Origin: a virus | Taxonomy: Duplodnaviria; Caudoviricetes | Reading direction: 5' to 3' (one strand) | IMG/VR virus record: IMGVR_UViG_3300012667_000144 | Location: 1-30,493 of that record | DNA: 30,493 bases | Shown here: one piece after another, positions 26,924 through 30,493 of the stretch | Position numbering within the stretch: position 1 is the first letter of the stretch | Layout of the letters: every line of letters begins with the position of its first letter | Position numbers and translations under genes: made by a program | Notes under the pieces: generated by a model | Databases searched by the model: none | What the model saw: only the letters and a program-made list of their open reading frames with translations | Told to the model about the DNA's origin: nothing

Positions 26924-27179
26924 AGCAAACACTTTTTAAGTTAGCGTGGCGGCAGTTGTTTAAATTGCCGTCTACATGAAACACATTAAACACCTCCTTG
27001 TGTGGACTTTTAAATCCGCACTTGTCGCAGGTGTTTTTCATTTTGTATCCTGACTTTTCCCACCTAGCGGTTTTAACACCTCTAGCACACGGCCCACACT
27101 GACTCCTATAAAAAGGTTTACCTTCTTTGTAGTAGTTGATAGCAACAGGGTGCTTTCCGCAGTCACATAATGGTCTCAT
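26853..27179 (-). CDS. Zn-binding HNH-like protein with degenerate active site
   Basis: CDC, CGPC, CDKC and CSNC pairs. VFHVDGNLNN...NLKSVCSNCQ, where canonical HNH proteins read HHxDG...N...CxxCH. Confidence 0.75.
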   Translation of the reverse strand: MRPLCDCGKHPVAINYYKEGKPFYRSQCGPCARGVKTARWEKSGYKMKNTCDKCGFKSPHKEVFNVFHVDGNLNNCRHANLKSVCSNCQRILHKEGVRWKQGDLVPDL

Positions 27180-27183
27180 ATAA

Positions 27184-27189
27184 TATTTA
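27184..27189 (-). promoter_or_regulatory. Late promoter motif TAAATA directly before the HNH-like gene
   Basis: Minus strand reads TTAAATA-TTAT-ATG, with no SD. Confidence 0.55.
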
Positions 27190-27243
27190 AGCCTTTTTGC
27201 TGCCTTTTCGTGCGGCTATTACAGGTGCTTATCGCCAAAAACC

Positions 27244-27251
27244 TATAAATA
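27244..27251 (+). promoter_or_regulatory. T4-type late promoter TATAAATA for tail sheath
   Basis: Perfect motif upstream of a GGAG SD and ATG 27285. Confidence 0.8.
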
Positions 27252-27284
27252 CAATTAGAACATGTATTCATGGAGATTAATAAT

Positions 27285-30200
27285 ATGGCTCAACTAAGTT
27301 CACCAGGCGTAAGCGTATCAGTTATAGATGAAAGTTTCTATACACCCGCTGCCCCAGGTACGACTCCTTTAATTATTGTTGCAACCGCCCAAGATAAATC
27401 AAACGGCGCAGGCACAGGAACAGCGGCAGGTACACTTCAAGCAAACGCTGGTCAAGTATATTTGTTGACAAGTCAGAAAGATTTGTCGGATACTTTTGGT
27501 ACTCCTGTTTTCAAGACTGATGCAAACAATAACCCAGTTCACGCAGGTGAACAAAACGAATTTGGTCTACAGGCAGCTTACAGCTACCTAGGTGTGAGCA
27601 ATCGCGCTTATGTTGTTCGTGCTGATGTCGACCTAACAGAATTAGACGCAAGTCCAGATGCACCAGCAGGTTTACCTAACAATGGTACTTACTGGTTAGA
27701 TACTGCAAACACATCGTTTGGTCTGTTTGAGTGGAATTCTGCAACAGAAGATGTTACAGGTGGCCAATCATTTGCAGTTAAGTATCCGTTAGTTATCACT
27801 GACTCTGCTAAAGTAACAGGTGGCGCACCAACACAAAGTATTGGTTCAATCGGTGACTACGCAGTAGTTGCATTGCCAGATGTTGATTTGATTAAAGTAT
27901 GGTACAAGAAAGCATTAACTGACACAGCCGCAGGTACATGGGTTGAAGTTGGTTCAGCAGCTTGGGCTAAGAGTCGTCCAACAGTAGTTGGTACAAACAC
28001 TGTTGCTGATGATAGTCTTAACATTGCGCATAGTTTAGAATTAAACGGTATCATCTTCACAGGTCACACTAGCCTAGGAACTTTAGTAACAGACATTAAT
28101 ACTGGTGCTGAAACAGGTGATGCAGGTCAAGGCGATGAAGTTACTAAGATTGCTGGTATTACTGCCGCTGCAATCAATGGCAAGTTAGAATTGTATTCAA
28201 CAGGCGTTAGCATTGAAGTTGCAGGCGATGCAGGATTATTAACTAGTTTAGGCATTGCTGCCGGATTATATTTTGCTCCTTCGTTGGCAATTGCTCCGCA
28301 CTATCAAGTTCCTACATTCAAGCGTACTGACAATCCTTCGTCAGAAATTGGTCGCCCAACAGGTTCTGTATGGGTTAAGACAACTGATCCAAATGCAGGC
28401 GCTCGTTGGAGAGTTAAGCGTTACAACGATGCAACTCAAGCGTTTGTTGAATTAACAAGCCCGTTATACGCAAACAACCAGTCTGCACTAGCAGGTATCG
28501 ACGCAACAGGCGGTGGTATCAACTTAGCAGTTGGTACAACTTATGTAAAATATAACGATGCTAGCAGTAGCCCTGCACTTGCAAACTTTAAAGTTTATGC
28601 AAGAAGCGGTGTTGGCGCAACTGTTGTAAACACTAAGACAATTAGCAATCAGTTTACCGCAGGCGCTGTATCATTTACTATTGCAGAAAGCCTAGTAGGT
28701 TCAGCTTCTTTAGCTACTCCTGTTACTGTGTCTTTCACAGCAGGCGGCACAGTTGCTGATGCAGCATTATTAGCGGCAGCAATTAACAATCCACAAGCTG
28801 GCCAATTTACAAACATCACAGCAGAAGCGGCTAGTGGCGTTGTAACAATCACACATAAAACTGGTGGAGATTTCTTAATTGCTAGCATGAGTGGCTTTAC
28901 AAACACAGTATTTCCTGTAGATGTAACTGGTTCAAGAATTACAGTTGATCCTGCTGATTCAGGCAACGCAACTAAGGCACTTGCATCACTATGGGAACCA
29001 GCAATTGACTATAATGCAGATTATACTCAAGGCCCTGATCAACCAACAACTACAACTGCTGACGGCAAACTATGGTACAACAGCATCGTTGATGAAGTTG
29101 ATATTTTAGTACACGACGGTAGCAATTGGGTAGGTTATGCAAACTACACTCAGAACTTAGGTGGTGGTGGTACTACTGACGCAAACGGTCCAATCGTTAG
29201 CGCAACAAAGCCTACTAAGCAAAGTGATGGTTCAACTGCATTAGCCAATGGCGATCTTTGGATCGACACTAGCGATATTGAAAACTATCCTACAATTTAC
29301 AAATTCAACTATGCACTACAAAAGTGGGCACTAGTTGATAAAGCTGATCAATCAACAGAAAGCGGTATTTTATTCCGTGACGCTCGTGCAGGCACTAGCG
29401 GCGGTACAGCGACTGTTGCACCAGCAGGCACAATTCAAGAATTGCTATCAAGCGATTTCTTAGACTTTGATGCTCCGGATCCTGCACTATATCCAAAAGG
29501 TATGTTGCTATGGAACTTACGCCGTAGCGGATTCAATGTAAAACGCTTTGTAAGAGATTATGTAGATGTTACTGCTGACAACCTTCGTCAAGACGGTGAG
29601 TCAATGGGCGCATACTATCCAAATCGTTGGTTGTCAGAGGCAGCTAACGAGGAAGACGGTTCAGGTACATTTGGCCGTAAAGCACAGCGTAAAGTTGTTG
29701 TTCAAGCATTGCAAGCTCTTGTAAATGCTAACCAACAAATCCGTGACGAAGAAAGTCGTGTGTTTAACTTGATTGCTTGCCCAGGATATTCTGAGCTAGT
29801 AGGCGAAATGGTTAGCTTGAACTACGATCGTGGATTAACAGCGTTCGTTGTAGCTGATACACCAGCTCGTTTAACACCAGATGCTACATCATTAAGTAAC
29901 TGGGGTAACAACCAGAACGGCGCATTGGAAGACAATGACAAGGGTCTAGTAAGCAGTGATGAATACTTGGGCTTCTTCTATCCATGGGGTTACACAAGTG
30001 ACAACATTGGTAATAACATTGCTGTTCCACCAAGCCACATGATTCTACGCACTATTGCGTTGAACGACCAAGTAGCTTATCCATGGTTTGCACCAGCAGG
30101 CACACGCCGCGGCGGTATTACTAACGCTACAGCAGTTGGATACATTACAGGCGAAGGCGAGTTCCAGTCAGTTGCACTAAACAACGGACAGCGTGACACC

Positions 30201-30493
30201 CTAGCAAGTATTAAAGTTAACCCAATTACATTCATTACTGGTACAGGTCTAGTTAACTACGGTCAGTACACTCGTGCTAAGAACGCAAGTGCATTGGATC
30301 GTATTAATGTGGCTCGTTTAGTAATTTACTTGCGTAGACAGTTTGCACAGTTGGCTAAACCGTATGTGTTTGAACCTAACGATAAAATCACTCGTGATGA
30401 AATCAAAGGTGCCGCAGAAAGTTTACTACTAGAATTAGTAGGTCAACGAGCACTATACGACTATCTAGTTGTGTGTGATGAATCAAACAACAC
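27285..30493 (+). CDS. Tail sheath protein (T4 gp18-like), 3'-truncated; absent from the ORF track
   Basis: Starts MAQLSSPGVSVSVIDES. Later motifs are FNLIACPGY, VPPSH, YPWFAPAGTRRG, ALDRINVARL, YVFEPND and VCDESNN. The first and last motifs are in the same frame, and the gene runs off the window edge. Confidence 0.93.
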   Translation, partial: MAQLSSPGVSVSVIDESFYTPAAPGTTPLIIVATAQDKSNGAGTGTAAGTLQANAGQVYLLTSQKDLSDTFGTPVFKTDANNNPVHAGEQNEFGLQAAYSYLGVSNRAYVVRADVDLTELDASPDAPAGLPNNGTYWLDTANTSFGLFEWNSATEDVTGGQSFAVKYPLVITDSAKVTGGAPTQSIGSIGDYAVVALPDVDLIKVWYKKALTDTAAGTWVEVGSAAWAKSRPTVVGTNTVADDSLNIAHSLELNGIIFTGHTSLGTLVTDINTGAETGDAGQGDEVTKIAGITAAAINGKLELYSTGVSIEVAGDAGLLTSLGIAAGLYFAPSLAIAPHYQVPTFKRTDNPSSEIGRPTGSVWVKTTDPNAGARWRVKRYNDATQAFVELTSPLYANNQSALAGIDATGGGINLAVGTTYVKYNDASSSPALANFKVYARSGVGATVVNTKTISNQFTAGAVSFTIAESLVGSASLATPVTVSFTAGGTVADAALLAAAINNPQAGQFTNITAEAASGVVTITHKTGGDFLIASMSGFTNTVFPVDVTGSRITVDPADSGNATKALASLWEPAIDYNADYTQGPDQPTTTTADGKLWYNSIVDEVDILVHDGSNWVGYANYTQNLGGGGTTDANGPIVSATKPTKQSDGSTALANGDLWIDTSDIENYPTIYKFNYALQKWALVDKADQSTESGILFRDARAGTSGGTATVAPAGTIQELLSSDFLDFDAPDPALYPKGMLLWNLRRSGFNVKRFVRDYVDVTADNLRQDGESMGAYYPNRWLSEAANEEDGSGTFGRKAQRKVVVQALQALVNANQQIRDEESRVFNLIACPGYSELVGEMVSLNYDRGLTAFVVADTPARLTPDATSLSNWGNNQNGALEDNDKGLVSSDEYLGFFYPWGYTSDNIGNNIAVPPSHMILRTIALNDQVAYPWFAPAGTRRGGITNATAVGYITGEGEFQSVALNNGQRDTLASIKVNPITFITGTGLVNYGQYTRAKNASALDRINVARLVIYLRRQFAQLAKPYVFEPNDKITRDEIKGAAESLLLELVGQRALYDYLVVCDESNN

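Noticed and set aside
27191-27210. GCCTTTT direct repeat between the HNH-like and sheath genes
   Set aside because: It is too short, with only two copies and no stem, to support a functional call.
1370-28966. Numerous short antisense or alternate-frame ORFs in the track (e.g. 4841-5287, 7767-8258, 17717-17899, 26296-26688, 28649-28966)
   Set aside because: They are shadows of well-supported genes with no recognisable motifs, and I noticed no convincing start signals.

Overview
This window is part of a large T4-like (contractile-tailed) bacteriophage genome, and it is almost fully coding. The left arm (+) holds the 3' part of a giant baseplate/fibre-type structural protein, two small structural proteins, three tandem Gly/His-rich fibre-tip or adhesin paralogs, and a fibre-associated chaperone-like gene, followed by a terminator. 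The centre (about 8.0-22.4 kb) is a dense tailoring-enzyme island built from two convergent operons. It encodes 4 flavin-dependent (tryptophan-halogenase-family) enzymes and 11 2OG-Fe(II)/JmjC-fold proteins, one of which has lost all three iron ligands. It also encodes a dUTPase-fold-like protein and two small proteins, one missed by the ORF track. The right arm holds a Nudix hydrolase, gp15-like tail terminator, gp14- and gp13-like neck proteins, dNMP kinase, a degenerate HNH protein, and a >1069-aa tail sheath gene that runs off the window. T4-type late promoter motifs, (T)ATAAATA, precede both enzyme operons, and three halogenases are translationally coupled to the neck/tail-terminator genes. 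The leading hypothesis (inference) is a late-expressed halogenation/hydroxylation system that modifies virion proteins, with the His-rich fibre-tip paralogs as candidate substrates. All family assignments come from motif recognition by eye; no database searches were run.
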